Positions 9,115 through 19,350 of a stretch of 64,000 bases of DNA are shown piece by piece. This DNA comes from a virus. The stretch covers positions 1 through 64,000 of the IMG/VR virus record IMGVR_UViG_3300041405_000225; one strand, written 5' to 3'. Within the stretch, counting starts at the first letter, position 1, and the number at the start of each line of letters is the position of its first letter. The translations under genes were made by a program, and so were the position numbers. The notes beneath the pieces are model-generated. The model was given only the letters and a program-made list of their open reading frames with translations. It ran no database searches and was not told the origin of the DNA.

Positions 9115-11136
9115 TTAGTTTCCAATGGCCAGCCAACTACCGTTGGCAGCAATACCGTTTGTACTGCTGGCCAAAAATCCAGTTTTGGTTTGGGAATACG
9201 CACTGACAGGCACCACTTTTTGATAAGCCGGCTTGGGAGCGTCATAGTTTGTGCCGCATGCCACAAGAGATAGGCAGGCATTAGGAAAGGCAATGGGGAA
9301 CGTAACCGGCGTATCGGCCACATACAGACCAGTGCCCCATTGAACAATCAGCCCGCCCAACCAACTTGGAAAGGTGATATAGCCGTTCGCGGTTAGGCTG
9401 ATTGCAAAGCCCTTACGCAGCTTTTTCGGTGTAGCAACAACGACGTCATTCGCGCCGTCCAGCATCTGCGCATCAGTCGCAACCTTCGCCGTGCCCTGAT
9501 TGATTTCCGTCGCCTGAGCCGCTAGCGCCGCCAGCGCCGCAATATCAATGTTTCCCTGATTGACCGGCGCGTTCCAAGCCTTGATGCACCACATCACCGC
9601 CAAGTTGCGCGGGCGAGTAGAGCCGACGAAGCCAGTTGATGTCGCAGCATTTGCCGCGCTGCCAAGTACGGTAAATTGATTGGGGTAATCGGCCAACGTT
9701 ACTGCATCGATCCCAAAAGTGGCGAGCGGCGTTGCTGTGGCAGTTCCTAGGCCTGCAACAACGGTACCGTCGGCATTACCCGTCGTGTCCGCGATAACCA
9801 TCGTACCTTTCTGCCAGCTGCCGATAGCCCGGCCCGCATCCACGCCGCGTCCATGGTCCCAGCCACGGAAAAATTCAGCGCGCGATTCGGGCAGACGGAA
9901 GTTGCCGGCGCCTTCATTGCCTTGGTTAAACCTGGTGCCAAGAAAGGCCGCAAGGTCCGGATAGACCGCGATGCTTTTGACGCTGGCGTCAACTTCCAGA
10001 AATCCTGGCGGGACGATATCCACAGGGAACGGCAGCATGGTGCCGACCGGTACCGCGCCAGCGGTGGCCAGCAGCGCCATTATTTCGGCTTTGGTGAACG
10101 TGTCCGCTACCCTGAACGACTTGAACGCCAAAATCTCAATCCGGTCGTCCATGTTGCAGGCAATGGCCAGGGTGATCTTGGAACCGTCAGCCGCCGACGT
10201 GAAGTCGAAAACCTCGCGCCCGTTGCGCAGCACAATAACGCTGCCAGGGACGTGCGCCGCGGTGAATTCCGACTGCGCCACCGCCGCCGTGAACGAATAG
10301 CGCTCAAAGGCCTTACCGCTACCTACGCCACCGCCCAGCTGAAAATAGGTGCCGTCATAGTTCAGGTCGTAAAGCGAACCGGCCTTAATATCCCCCGGTT
10401 CGAGGTCAACCAGCCCCGCGTCCCCCCCGCGCTTGACCGTAATGGCGCCCAGGCCTTCAACGTTCGCGGTTACGCCGCCGGCGACATTGGTAGCCGTCGC
10501 CACGAACTGGAAACGCTGAAACTTCGCGTATGCCGGCAAGATCGACTCAGGCGCATCAAGCGCCAGCAACAAAGCATTGGCTGTGCTCCCGGCGGAATGC
10601 ACAAGCCCCATCAGCGGGCCTGCATCCTTCGCAACGTCCTTGCGCAGCAGATACTGCGGGTGAGCATTCGCGGCGCCTTCGTGCGCACTGAGCGCGGCCA
10701 GAGCGGCGCTTTCATCAGGGCTGATAACTATGGTGATGCTGTTTGCCGGCACTTGAGCAAAGGCCAGGTCAGCCATCAGTACATAGGTGACGCCATCGGT
10801 TTTGTAAGACGCGACTTGCCCGTTGGCCTTGGACCAGACGAACACCAGCACGTCGCCCGCCCAAAAACCAATTTCACCGATCGGCACTTCGCCAACGTTC
10901 TCTTTCCAGGCGCTACTGATACGCAGCTGGTAAGGCGTTGGCCGACTGCCACCCGCGAAAGGGATTCGGCTGCCCACAGGATCGACCAGAGCCAACTCAT
11001 TGCCGGTCGGATCGTAATGCGCCCGCCCGAAGGTTACGCCGTCAATGATGAGTTCAATCCCGGTATTGCTTGCGTTGAACGCCGCGGCCTGACCAGCGAG
11101 CGTCAGCGTAGGATTGAGAATTAAAGGATCTGCCAT
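9115..11136 (-). CDS. Main tail fibre protein
   Basis: EIGFWAGDVLVF anchor, HPQYL, collar domain, C-terminal GLIVQWG...TFPIAFPNAC receptor-binding domain. Confidence 0.9.
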   Translation of the reverse strand: MADPLILNPTLTLAGQAAAFNASNTGIELIIDGVTFGRAHYDPTGNELALVDPVGSRIPFAGGSRPTPYQLRISSAWKENVGEVPIGEIGFWAGDVLVFVWSKANGQVASYKTDGVTYVLMADLAFAQVPANSITIVISPDESAALAALSAHEGAANAHPQYLLRKDVAKDAGPLMGLVHSAGSTANALLLALDAPESILPAYAKFQRFQFVATATNVAGGVTANVEGLGAITVKRGGDAGLVDLEPGDIKAGSLYDLNYDGTYFQLGGGVGSGKAFERYSFTAAVAQSEFTAAHVPGSVIVLRNGREVFDFTSAADGSKITLAIACNMDDRIEILAFKSFRVADTFTKAEIMALLATAGAVPVGTMLPFPVDIVPPGFLEVDASVKSIAVYPDLAAFLGTRFNQGNEGAGNFRLPESRAEFFRGWDHGRGVDAGRAIGSWQKGTMVIADTTGNADGTVVAGLGTATATPLATFGIDAVTLADYPNQFTVLGSAANAATSTGFVGSTRPRNLAVMWCIKAWNAPVNQGNIDIAALAALAAQATEINQGTAKVATDAQMLDGANDVVVATPKKLRKGFAISLTANGYITFPSWLGGLIVQWGTGLYVADTPVTFPIAFPNACLSLVACGTNYDAPKPAYQKVVPVSAYSQTKTGFLASSTNGIAANGSWLAIGN

Positions 11137-11163
11137 AAAGCCCCCGGCGGTTATTTATGGCAA

Positions 11164-11205
11164 AGCGTAAGGCCGAAAAACGGCCCTATTTTGTGAAGGT
11201 TTGCA
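11164..11205 (-). promoter_or_regulatory. Late promoter (TGCAAAC-N29-TACGCT) of tail fibre operon
   Basis: Motif family member. Confidence 0.65.
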
Positions 11206-11902
11206 TGTCCAAACGGTCAATCGAACTGAACGCCAGGGTGGCGCCGGTGACCTTAATCCCGGGGCCTACTGTCATGTAGCTTTCAATGACTGGCTGCTGG
11301 TAGAGCGCGGTACCGGTGACGCGACCAATGTTGAAGCCGTAGGCAATGCAAGCAATTGGGATCTTGAGGCTTGCCCGGCGTGCGGCGCGCAGATCCAACA
11401 CGAATCTGGCGGCCACTGCGGTACGGGCCGCGGCCAGGATCCGCTCAGGGACAATTTCTGTCTCGATGTCCACACGCAAGCGGCTGGTGAGGAAATAGTC
11501 GCTCAGCTGACGGCCAGCCAGCTGAATTTCATTCTCAGTCATTACGTCTGCGGGGTATTCGCCCTCTTTTTCGCACCACAGCTGATCGATGGTGAACACA
11601 TCACCGAATAGCGATCGCAGGTAAAACGCCAGGAACTTGGTACCGCGCTGGGGGTTCAGGTAGCGCCACGCCATGAACAACATACGGGTCATGTCGCTGG
11701 TCGTGTCATTGAGCAGCGCCAGCCCGTCGTTGTTGAGCCCTCGACTGATAAACGCATCAGGCCCCAAGTGAGGCATGCCCAACGTATTGGCGTCGACTAC
11801 ATGGCCGCTCAGGTCTTTGTGATAGAGGCTCAGGAACAACGCTTTGAATTCAGATTCAATCTCGTCGTACTCGGCACTGCGCTGTAACGGGATGAGTTGC
11901 AT
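11186..11902 (-). CDS. Baseplate wedge protein (P2 gpI-like position)
   Basis: RGTKFLAFYLRSLFG motif; between J-like wedge and tail fibre. Confidence 0.65.
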   Translation of the reverse strand: MQLIPLQRSAEYDEIESEFKALFLSLYHKDLSGHVVDANTLGMPHLGPDAFISRGLNNDGLALLNDTTSDMTRMLFMAWRYLNPQRGTKFLAFYLRSLFGDVFTIDQLWCEKEGEYPADVMTENEIQLAGRQLSDYFLTSRLRVDIETEIVPERILAAARTAVAARFVLDLRAARRASLKIPIACIAYGFNIGRVTGTALYQQPVIESYMTVGPGIKVTGATLAFSSIDRLDMQTFTK

Positions 11903-13287
11903 CAGTTCGCCGTCTCCGTGTTGACCTCAAGGCTCTCTTCGGTCACGTACCTGAAGTGCTCAGGCAGGTCCGCTGTATCGTCCCCGATCATGTCGACAGA
12001 GATATCTGCAATGCGCTGAGTCAGCGCCGGCACGTTCTGGCGCAGCAGCTCGTAAAGGTCTTTTTTGAGCATTTTCGCTTCGCCGCGCTTGGCCCAAGCC
12101 GACAGACGCCCGTAGTTCTCGAGAATCAGCGCCCGGACCGCCTGTTTGATCGCCGCCGAGTCATAGGTAGACGGCACGTAGAGGGTGAGTTTCAGCGGTA
12201 CCGGCTTCTCGATCACCGGCACATGCTTGAGGCGGTAGCTGTTGTCGGCGGCGCTGATGATGGCGGCAATTTCGTTCTGTAGCGCCAGCTGGCTCACGCC
12301 CTCCTTGATCACGGCCACAAACAGCTTATTGATGTTGTCTTGGCTCGCCCCGCGCGCCTTCTCTTCCTTCAGTTCGTTCCATACGTTCAGGAACGTCACG
12401 GCGCCCAGCTTTTTACGTACCAAGAAGTCGAAGTTGGACAGATAAACCGCGTTCTCGTTGTAGATCCCAGGATAGGAGCAGACCTCACGCATGGTTGTGA
12501 TGCTCATTGGCGCTTCACCGGCCTGAAGCACCTCAGACAGCGCCATGGTCGCCTTCTCGATCGCATCGCTGTATTCGAAATAGAACGCCATGCCGTTGCT
12601 CGGGCTGATATCGCCTTCAGTGTCGTAGATCGAAATACTGATCTTCGAACCGGTGGCCGGCTGGGTGCCAGACAGCCCATTGACGCCGAACACCAGGCTG
12701 ATCACCTGATTTTCATCGGTCTGAATGTGATAGACCAGCTCGCCGGCCAAGACATTGCAGAACTCGGGGGAGTACTCCCATCCGGCCACCGAGACTTCAG
12801 CCATGTAGCCGACATCGGGCTGCGCCAGTTCGACCATGTAGAACGGGGTGTTTTGTCCGACGGTGTGCGTGAAGGTGCGCAGCTCTACCTGGCGCGCGAC
12901 GATACTCCCCGTGGCGCCGGCGCCGATCTGGCCACCGGTAGTCACGCGCCACATGCGCCCATTCTGATCACGCAGCACGCGTCCGGCCAGAATGCTCAAG
13001 GGAGCCGCGCCGTTGTTGATCACCGTAACCACTGCAATGCAGGGCTTACCGAATGGCAGCACGCCTTTTACCGCCGCATCAGCCTTTACCGTGACGTCGC
13101 GGGCCTTCAGGTACACCTCACCGGTCGTTACCTCTACTTGAGTGCCCAGGTCTGCCAGCATCGCCGCCATGGATGCCAGGCCCTGCGTAATCAGCGGGTC
13201 GCCGATCTGGAATCGCTTGGCCAGCGCTGGGTAGTTGCTGATCTCGTTGGCCGCGGCCTGAATGTACTGGTCTTTAGTAATTGCCAC
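11902..13287 (-). CDS. Baseplate J-like wedge protein (P1 BplA-like)
   Basis: 461 aa, GRVLRDQNGRMWRV, LVFGVNGLSG.QP..G, AVYLSNFDFLV. Confidence 0.75.
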   Translation of the reverse strand: MAITKDQYIQAAANEISNYPALAKRFQIGDPLITQGLASMAAMLADLGTQVEVTTGEVYLKARDVTVKADAAVKGVLPFGKPCIAVVTVINNGAAPLSILAGRVLRDQNGRMWRVTTGGQIGAGATGSIVARQVELRTFTHTVGQNTPFYMVELAQPDVGYMAEVSVAGWEYSPEFCNVLAGELVYHIQTDENQVISLVFGVNGLSGTQPATGSKISISIYDTEGDISPSNGMAFYFEYSDAIEKATMALSEVLQAGEAPMSITTMREVCSYPGIYNENAVYLSNFDFLVRKKLGAVTFLNVWNELKEEKARGASQDNINKLFVAVIKEGVSQLALQNEIAAIISAADNSYRLKHVPVIEKPVPLKLTLYVPSTYDSAAIKQAVRALILENYGRLSAWAKRGEAKMLKKDLYELLRQNVPALTQRIADISVDMIGDDTADLPEHFRYVTEESLEVNTETAN

Positions 13288-13591
13288 GGGATACCTCTGA
13301 CAGATCCGAGAGGTTCAGGGTTTGCCCCGCCACCTCGATATGAACATTCGTGATGTCGACGCCTTCAGGCGTTGCGTACAGGTTGATGGTCCCAGCGGGG
13401 AGCGCACCCAAGACGGGAATGTCTTTGAGCATCTTGGCCAGAAACCAATCGGCGACGGGTGAGCTCAGAGGCTTTTGCAGCATGTCCTCCACGGGGTTGC
13501 CGTAGGTGCTGCCCAGGTAACTGTTCGGCTTGGTCGCCCACCAATGCGCGATCATGCGGAAAATCAGGTCTGTGTTTAACGTTTCGGCCAT
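13274..13591 (-). CDS. Baseplate gp25/gpW-like protein
   Basis: SYLGSTYGN..EDML pattern; upstream of J-like gene. Confidence 0.6.
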   Translation of the reverse strand: MAETLNTDLIFRMIAHWWATKPNSYLGSTYGNPVEDMLQKPLSSPVADWFLAKMLKDIPVLGALPAGTINLYATPEGVDITNVHIEVAGQTLNLSDLSEVSRGNY

Positions 13592-13620
13592 GACGGACGC
13601 GCTCAGAATGCTTTGCGGTC

Positions 13621-13662
13621 ATCTTGGCAAAGAAAACCGCCGCCCTTTGGCGACGGTTTGCC
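13621..13662 (-). promoter_or_regulatory. Late promoter (GGCAAAC-N29-CAAGAT) of baseplate operon
   Basis: Motif family member. Confidence 0.6.
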
Positions 13663-13664
13663 GG

Positions 13665-16205
13665 TCAAATCGGGAACATCCCCAGTCCGCCCGCCGAGGC
13701 ATGCGCAATCCCTCTATCGCCCACGTTCTGCGAAAGTGGCAACTCGACGGACACCTGCGCCGGCCCTTCTTTGCCGCCAGCGCCACCCGTTGGTGTCTTG
13801 ATCTCCGGTACCGCCGGGATCTTCATCTTGCTGGCGTCTGCCGCCGCTGGCGCATAAGTGCCCACTTTGGGGGCTGCGAGCGACACAGGGAGCGAAGAGT
13901 TTGCCACCGCTGCCGATCGAACCTGCGTAGGCGCCATCACGCCGATAGGGGTTGCCGCTTGGCCCTTGGCCGAAGCCATGGTGCTGGCCAACGCCGTATT
14001 GACCCCTGTGGGCGCGGCCACTTTCAGTTCATCCGCGCGCCGGGTCGGCGTCAGATCGCCCGCCTTGGCCTGCGCCAGATAGGCGTCATACTTGCTGTTG
14101 ACGTCCTCCAGGCCGTTGGTGCCGCCGTTGATACGCTTGCGGGCGCCAGTCATGTCACCGGCTTGGGCCAGCCGATCGGCGCCGGAACTCTTCCAGTTCG
14201 CCACCGCGATTTTCGCGGAGTACTTCGGATCAGCTGCTAACTCGGGGTTATTCACCAGGTCGACACCCAGCTTTTTGCCCATGGCTTCGTACTGCGCGCG
14301 TCCCGTCAGCTGCGTGTCGCCCCGCCCCCTGAACTTGTAGCCGTCACCTGGATTGACGTTCCCCATGCGCCCGCCGTAGACCTTGTTGCCGATCGCTTCA
14401 GCGTTGCCGGCATCGGCGCGGGCGTCCTCGTCGGTCTTGTAGTACTTGGGAAACACTTCGCGCAGGCGCTTGGCCGAGTAGTTCAGGTTCTCTTCTTTGC
14501 GCGTGAACCCGCCCGACTCGTGATCCATGTTCGCCATCAGGGCGGCTTTCGACTTCGCGTCGGTGATACCGCCCTCATCCATGGCTTTAATCAGCTGATC
14601 CTTTGCCGCAGCTGAGCCACCACCGCCGTATTTGCCGCCCGATGCCTTGTAGAGCACGTTGGAGCCTGCATCCTTTACGGCAGTGGCCTTTTCACCGACA
14701 TAATCTTTTCCCCTCTGCACGGCATCCGCAGCGGTGTCCTTCCAGCCGGCGACCTTGTCCGTGACCGCTTTCCAGGTGTCTCGTGCCCAGTCGGCCATGC
14801 CACTGATGGCTTTGGTACCCGATGTGACCAGCCCGTCCCAGCCTGTTTTGACGAATTCGAATGCCGCACTGGCTGCCTTGGATGCGCTATCGGCCCACCC
14901 TGAGAATGTGCTGCTGATATTCGATAGAACCGAATCGAAATCAACCGTCGACAGCCATTCGCCAACCATTCCACCGAGCTGATCGCCAATCAGACCACCA
15001 GCAATCGCACCGGCAGGCCCGCCAAGCATGCCTAGCAAACCGCCTGCGATCCCCCCAATGCCGCTACCTACGTTCCCCCATTTGTTTTTCTTGTTCTCGT
15101 CCTTGGATAGCTCAGGGTCATCCCCTGCCATCGCATCGTTAGCCAGCATTGCGCCGCCTATCAATGCACCAACAAACGGAATCTTGCGCAATAGGCCTTT
15201 GCCCGCTTTGAGCATTCCACCGCCCGCGCTTTTTGCCACGCCCTTGATACCGCCAGCCTTACTTCCTTTGGCGGCCTTCGCGCTGCGTCCCTCGCCACCT
15301 TCGATGATGGGCGGGCCATTGGTAGGCGTTCCCGATCGGGTGCCAGCACGCACTGCCCGCGCGCCTGATGCGGCGCCACGGCCCGGCATTAGGTTGCTGA
15401 CTGCCTTCAGGGCTCTACCCATACCCAACATGCGCCCCAGCGCCTTGAAGGGCGCCAGCACCGCCGTGACCATTGCCAGCAGCATCCCCAGCATGCCGCC
15501 CATTCCACCACGGCCTTGCCCCTTGGTGGCGTCAGCCTGACCACGCCAGATACGGCGTAGCCAGGTGACACTCTCTCGGTGCTGCTTGGTCTGCTGTGCG
15601 TCCTTGTTGCGACCAAACAGGCGCCCGAGCGGCTTAAATAGCGCCATTGCGGGCGACAGGATCCCGCTCAGCTCTTTCGCTGCCTGAATGGTCGGATCTA
15701 CGTTGTCGACGTCGGCGGTCAGCCCGTTTTTAACGTCGCGTGCGGCATCGGCGATCACGCTGCCAATCGACCGTGCGGAGCTTTCAGATCCCGCGCCATC
15801 ATTGGCACCACCCTTGGCCGAAGCGCCACCAACGAACCGCCCGGATGCGTCCCGGGTGCCAGCTTGGCGCGGCGATGCCGCCAAACGTTCCCCCGCCATT
15901 CCTGCACGGTTGCGCGCTCCGCGGGCCTCACCAGCCGCCCGCGAAGAGGATCGCGAAGACGATCGAGCGGCGGCAGGGTCATTGGCGGCGTTGTTGACCA
16001 TGATCGGCGCTCGGCGGGCGCCAGCAGGTCCAGGCTGCACCGCTGGCCGCCCTTGGCTCAGTTGGCCAAGCCGGCGCGCGATCTCGCTGGTGTTGGCGTC
16101 AATGCTGCGCAGCAGCTTCAGTTCTTGTGCGAGCTGTTCAACCTCGTCGGCAATGCTCTCACCGCGCAGGAAGCCCGTGGCCGCGTCATGATCAAGTTGG
16201 GCCAT
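13665..16205 (-). CDS. Tape measure protein with GH19 (chitinase-like lysozyme) domain
   Basis: Ala/Gly-rich, W/F-periodic helices, hydrophobic segments; HESGGF..EENLNYS, YKFRGRG..QLTGR..Y, INGGTNGL. Confidence 0.8.
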   Translation of the reverse strand: MAQLDHDAATGFLRGESIADEVEQLAQELKLLRSIDANTSEIARRLGQLSQGRPAVQPGPAGARRAPIMVNNAANDPAAARSSSRSSSRAAGEARGARNRAGMAGERLAASPRQAGTRDASGRFVGGASAKGGANDGAGSESSARSIGSVIADAARDVKNGLTADVDNVDPTIQAAKELSGILSPAMALFKPLGRLFGRNKDAQQTKQHRESVTWLRRIWRGQADATKGQGRGGMGGMLGMLLAMVTAVLAPFKALGRMLGMGRALKAVSNLMPGRGAASGARAVRAGTRSGTPTNGPPIIEGGEGRSAKAAKGSKAGGIKGVAKSAGGGMLKAGKGLLRKIPFVGALIGGAMLANDAMAGDDPELSKDENKKNKWGNVGSGIGGIAGGLLGMLGGPAGAIAGGLIGDQLGGMVGEWLSTVDFDSVLSNISSTFSGWADSASKAASAAFEFVKTGWDGLVTSGTKAISGMADWARDTWKAVTDKVAGWKDTAADAVQRGKDYVGEKATAVKDAGSNVLYKASGGKYGGGGSAAAKDQLIKAMDEGGITDAKSKAALMANMDHESGGFTRKEENLNYSAKRLREVFPKYYKTDEDARADAGNAEAIGNKVYGGRMGNVNPGDGYKFRGRGDTQLTGRAQYEAMGKKLGVDLVNNPELAADPKYSAKIAVANWKSSGADRLAQAGDMTGARKRINGGTNGLEDVNSKYDAYLAQAKAGDLTPTRRADELKVAAPTGVNTALASTMASAKGQAATPIGVMAPTQVRSAAVANSSLPVSLAAPKVGTYAPAAADASKMKIPAVPEIKTPTGGAGGKEGPAQVSVELPLSQNVGDRGIAHASAGGLGMFPI

Positions 16206-16208
16206 GAC

Positions 16209-17123
16209 TTAGTGCCCGCGCAGAACAGAGTTGACCACCGACAGCGTTTTTTTCATGCCGCTGGCCACCGCTGCGATGGCGCCCTTTTCTTCATCATCGT
16301 TCACCGGTGGTGCCTCATACCCCGGCAGATCGGAGCGACCCATGAAACGATTAGCGCTATCGAGCATTGCGGTACCGGGATCCATTGGAATCCCGCGTTC
16401 CATCACCGCCGGGGCGCTATCGAGCATCGGCGCTGCGATATTGGCTTGGCGCAGCTTCTCCAGCAGGCGCGCGTTCTGCTCGATCAGATCGTCATTGAGT
16501 TGGTATTGCTTCAGGAGGTCGGTGCTGACGCTCGCGGCAAAGGCGTCCGACTCCTTGATCATGCTGTCTACAGAGTCCAGCAGTGCCGCGTTGTCGGAAG
16601 CGAAGGTGTCCACACCCGAGAAGGCGCCAGCGTCCGCGCTATCGAGCATCACCGCATAGCCGCGGTTGCTGTCATAGTTGGGCGCCCGCACCAGGTCCAT
16701 ACCGAAATAGCCTTTCGGTACGCGCAACCCGCCCTCTTCAGGCGCGAAAATCGCCGAGCTGAAGCCGTAGGCCTTGCTTTCCCACAAGCGCAGCGCCACC
16801 CGGCCCGGCGCGGTATCCAAAAACTCTTGCTCGTGCTCGATGTCGCCCGTTGGCAAGCACTTGATGTAGATCGTGCGCAGCGCCGGCTCAAGCACCACCG
16901 GCACCCCGCCTTCAATCACCGTTTCCGGCACGTCCAGCTTGTATTTCTCGCGGTACTGATGGCCCACATAGCCCACGATGTCGCCTTTCTGGATCGCCTC
17001 CTGAAGCGCAGCGCCGTTGAACAAGCGCATGGCCGCGTCGATATCGATCTTTCGCGCCTGACCGGTGAAGGTGCGCCCGTTGTCGTTCAGGTTGTAGCGG
17101 ATCACGCCCGTGCGCTTACTCAT
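16209..17123 (-). CDS. Prohead protease (P1 Pro-like)
   Basis: GYVGHQYR and GFSSAI catalytic-like motifs; directly after portal. Confidence 0.75.
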   Translation of the reverse strand: MSKRTGVIRYNLNDNGRTFTGQARKIDIDAAMRLFNGAALQEAIQKGDIVGYVGHQYREKYKLDVPETVIEGGVPVVLEPALRTIYIKCLPTGDIEHEQEFLDTAPGRVALRLWESKAYGFSSAIFAPEEGGLRVPKGYFGMDLVRAPNYDSNRGYAVMLDSADAGAFSGVDTFASDNAALLDSVDSMIKESDAFAASVSTDLLKQYQLNDDLIEQNARLLEKLRQANIAAPMLDSAPAVMERGIPMDPGTAMLDSANRFMGRSDLPGYEAPPVNDDEEKGAIAAVASGMKKTLSVVNSVLRGH

Positions 17124-18754
17124 TGCTGCCCGTCCTCATCATCGTTGTTGCCACCGCCAGCACCCGGCAGCAAATCCATATCGTTGTCACCGCCACCGCC
17201 GAAACCCGGTTGCACTGGTGGCTTGGCGTTGGCCAGGCCTTTGGCGAATGTTTCCGCCGCTTCGGTATCCATTTCCGCCACCTTGGCCAGCAGGTAACTC
17301 ACGGTGTCCTGCGGCAGCCCCAGCTCACGCAGCTGAGCCATGATTTGCACCAGGATCGCGGCCTTGTTCATGGCGCGTTCGGCACTGATTTGCTTTTCAG
17401 CCTCCAGTGCGGCGATCGCGCCGTAGAAATTGATCGTGTAGGGGCGTTCGGCGTTCGGCCAGCACTTGCCGTACTTGGCCAACATATGGCGATCGATCGT
17501 GTCGTTGGCCATGTTGGTGTAGCTGGTGCGCAGCATCCGGGCGCGCTCGGCACCCATGGCGCTGGTGCGGTTGGAGCCACCATCGCCCAAGCCGCCGGAC
17601 AGCAGGTCGGCGAAGCCCATCTGTGAAATGTCGGTACCGAGGGTGCCTGCTAGCTTCTTGGCGTGAAACATCACGTCTTCAACGCCCAGGTTCTGGCCGC
17701 TGGCACCGGAAGCAATGCTGCTCACCTGTGTCAGCTGCTTGTCGTTCCACACTGGCATGATGTTGAAGTTACGGGACGTCGAATAAATGCCCTCGCTGAT
17801 TTGCTTTTCAGCGCGGGCCTTCATTTCCGTGAGCATTTTCACGGTGTTCTTGGTGATGCGCTCGCGCTGCTCTTTGGTGGTGTCTGCCAAGTTCATCGAC
17901 AGCAGCACTTCTTCGATCGAGCTGGCGATACGTTGCCCGACTAGACCGCGCACGGCGGCATAGAGGTTGTCGAAATCATGCTCAGCGGCTTCCAGCAGAG
18001 AACCGCCAACCAGATCCGGCAGCGGCATGACGTCGCGCAACGACTTGGCTTCCAGATTGATCTTTTGTGCGTTTTCCAGCGCGCGGAACTGGGACACAAA
18101 CCCCATGCGCGGCATCTTCCACCGGACCATTTCCAAGGGAGACACGCGACTCTGCATTTTCTCGCCCAGGCTGACCACGTAACCCACCGTGCGCCCCAGC
18201 TCTACATAGGGCTGCACGATCGGCGACAGAATGCTTTCGTGATCAAACGCCACGATGCCTTCCTTGGGCACGACATACAGCTTGGCGTAGGCATCACCGA
18301 AGCCGGTGGCGCTCACCCCCATGGAATGGCAGCTGTCATTGAGCATTTTGACGATCGGCGCCAGCTCTTCGAGCATCTTTTTATCGGCGCTGCTGATCTT
18401 CGGCTTGGGCTCAAGAAAGATCGTTTCGCCGGTTGTCTCGTGGCCACCCAGCGCCATCTGCACGTTGTTGCGCAGGGCGGTGCTGATCATGCCTTCCTGC
18501 ATCATGAAGTGGTATTTCTGGTACAGCTGCGCCCTGGAACGAACGGGCTTGTCGCCGTTGCCCAGCAGCATTTCCATGCCGACATAATCAGCATCGAAGG
18601 TAGACACCTGCGCCATTCGGTTTTCGGCCTGTGTGGCGGCTTGAGCAAATGTCATATCAGCGAGCTGGCCGCCCGTGATCAGGTCGACACCCTTGCGGGC
18701 ACCGTCGGCCAAGCGAGCCATAAGGCCCTTTTTGTGATCAGTTGAGTTCGCCAT
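17120..18754 (-). CDS. Portal protein (P1 Prt-like)
   Basis: 544 aa, GFGDAY, GGSLLEAA, GFADLLSGGLGDGG; prt-pro synteny. Confidence 0.8.
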   Translation of the reverse strand: MANSTDHKKGLMARLADGARKGVDLITGGQLADMTFAQAATQAENRMAQVSTFDADYVGMEMLLGNGDKPVRSRAQLYQKYHFMMQEGMISTALRNNVQMALGGHETTGETIFLEPKPKISSADKKMLEELAPIVKMLNDSCHSMGVSATGFGDAYAKLYVVPKEGIVAFDHESILSPIVQPYVELGRTVGYVVSLGEKMQSRVSPLEMVRWKMPRMGFVSQFRALENAQKINLEAKSLRDVMPLPDLVGGSLLEAAEHDFDNLYAAVRGLVGQRIASSIEEVLLSMNLADTTKEQRERITKNTVKMLTEMKARAEKQISEGIYSTSRNFNIMPVWNDKQLTQVSSIASGASGQNLGVEDVMFHAKKLAGTLGTDISQMGFADLLSGGLGDGGSNRTSAMGAERARMLRTSYTNMANDTIDRHMLAKYGKCWPNAERPYTINFYGAIAALEAEKQISAERAMNKAAILVQIMAQLRELGLPQDTVSYLLAKVAEMDTEAAETFAKGLANAKPPVQPGFGGGGDNDMDLLPGAGGGNNDDEDGQQ

Positions 18755-18786
18755 TCAGGTACACACAGAGGCTTGAATTAACCTCC

Positions 18787-18828
18787 AGCGTACAGGCGCC
18801 CACAAGGGCATCCCGGCGCCGGTTTGCA
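18787..18828 (-). promoter_or_regulatory. Late promoter (TGCAAAC-N29-TACGCT) of portal operon
   Basis: Motif family member. Confidence 0.65.
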
Positions 18829-18837
18829 CCGTTCTGG

Positions 18838-19347
18838 CTACTCGTTTAGATCCTCGCTCGCTTCCTCATCAGGCCGAGGATTGAGCAGGTATTTGCGGGT
18901 ATAGGGCGGGATATTCACGTTGCCTGTGACGTCGACGATCTCAAAGTTGATGATCACGCCTTCCCCCATCAGCACGGCTACCAGCATGCGCTTGCCAGGC
19001 TGCACATAGGCTTCGGTACCTGGATCGGCCAGCGGCTCAATCGACGCTTCAAGCACGCCCTCTGCATAGTCCATGCGGCTGCTGTCGTCGGAGGTGTTGC
19101 CCAGGGGCGCGGCATAGCCCTGAGCGAAGTGAATCATGGCCTCGCCCACCTCAACCCATTCGTAAGCGGTTTCGTCCTCATCGCTCATGACGCCCAACGG
19201 GCCGATGGTTGGGTAACCGTCGGCAGTCTCGTCGTCGCTGGTGCGGGTGACCTTCTTGTCAAAGAGCACGCAGGGGATAGCGTTGGGCTCGCGCAGGGTG
19301 CGCTGACGGTTTGCCCGGTTGATCTGAATGGCCACGTTATTGAGCAT
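18838..19347 (-). CDS. Virion morphogenesis protein (head closure-like)
   Basis: Late operon, 169 aa, P1-like morphogenesis context. Confidence 0.5.
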   Translation of the reverse strand: MLNNVAIQINRANRQRTLREPNAIPCVLFDKKVTRTSDDETADGYPTIGPLGVMSDEDETAYEWVEVGEAMIHFAQGYAAPLGNTSDDSSRMDYAEGVLEASIEPLADPGTEAYVQPGKRMLVAVLMGEGVIINFEIVDVTGNVNIPPYTRKYLLNPRPDEEASEDLNE

Positions 19348-19350
19348 GTC

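Noticed and set aside
6940-11136. Cin/six-type invertible tail-fibre segment or DGR variable repeat
   Set aside because: All modules share one orientation, no inverted crossover sites or invertase, and no RT or adenine-specific TR/VR pair
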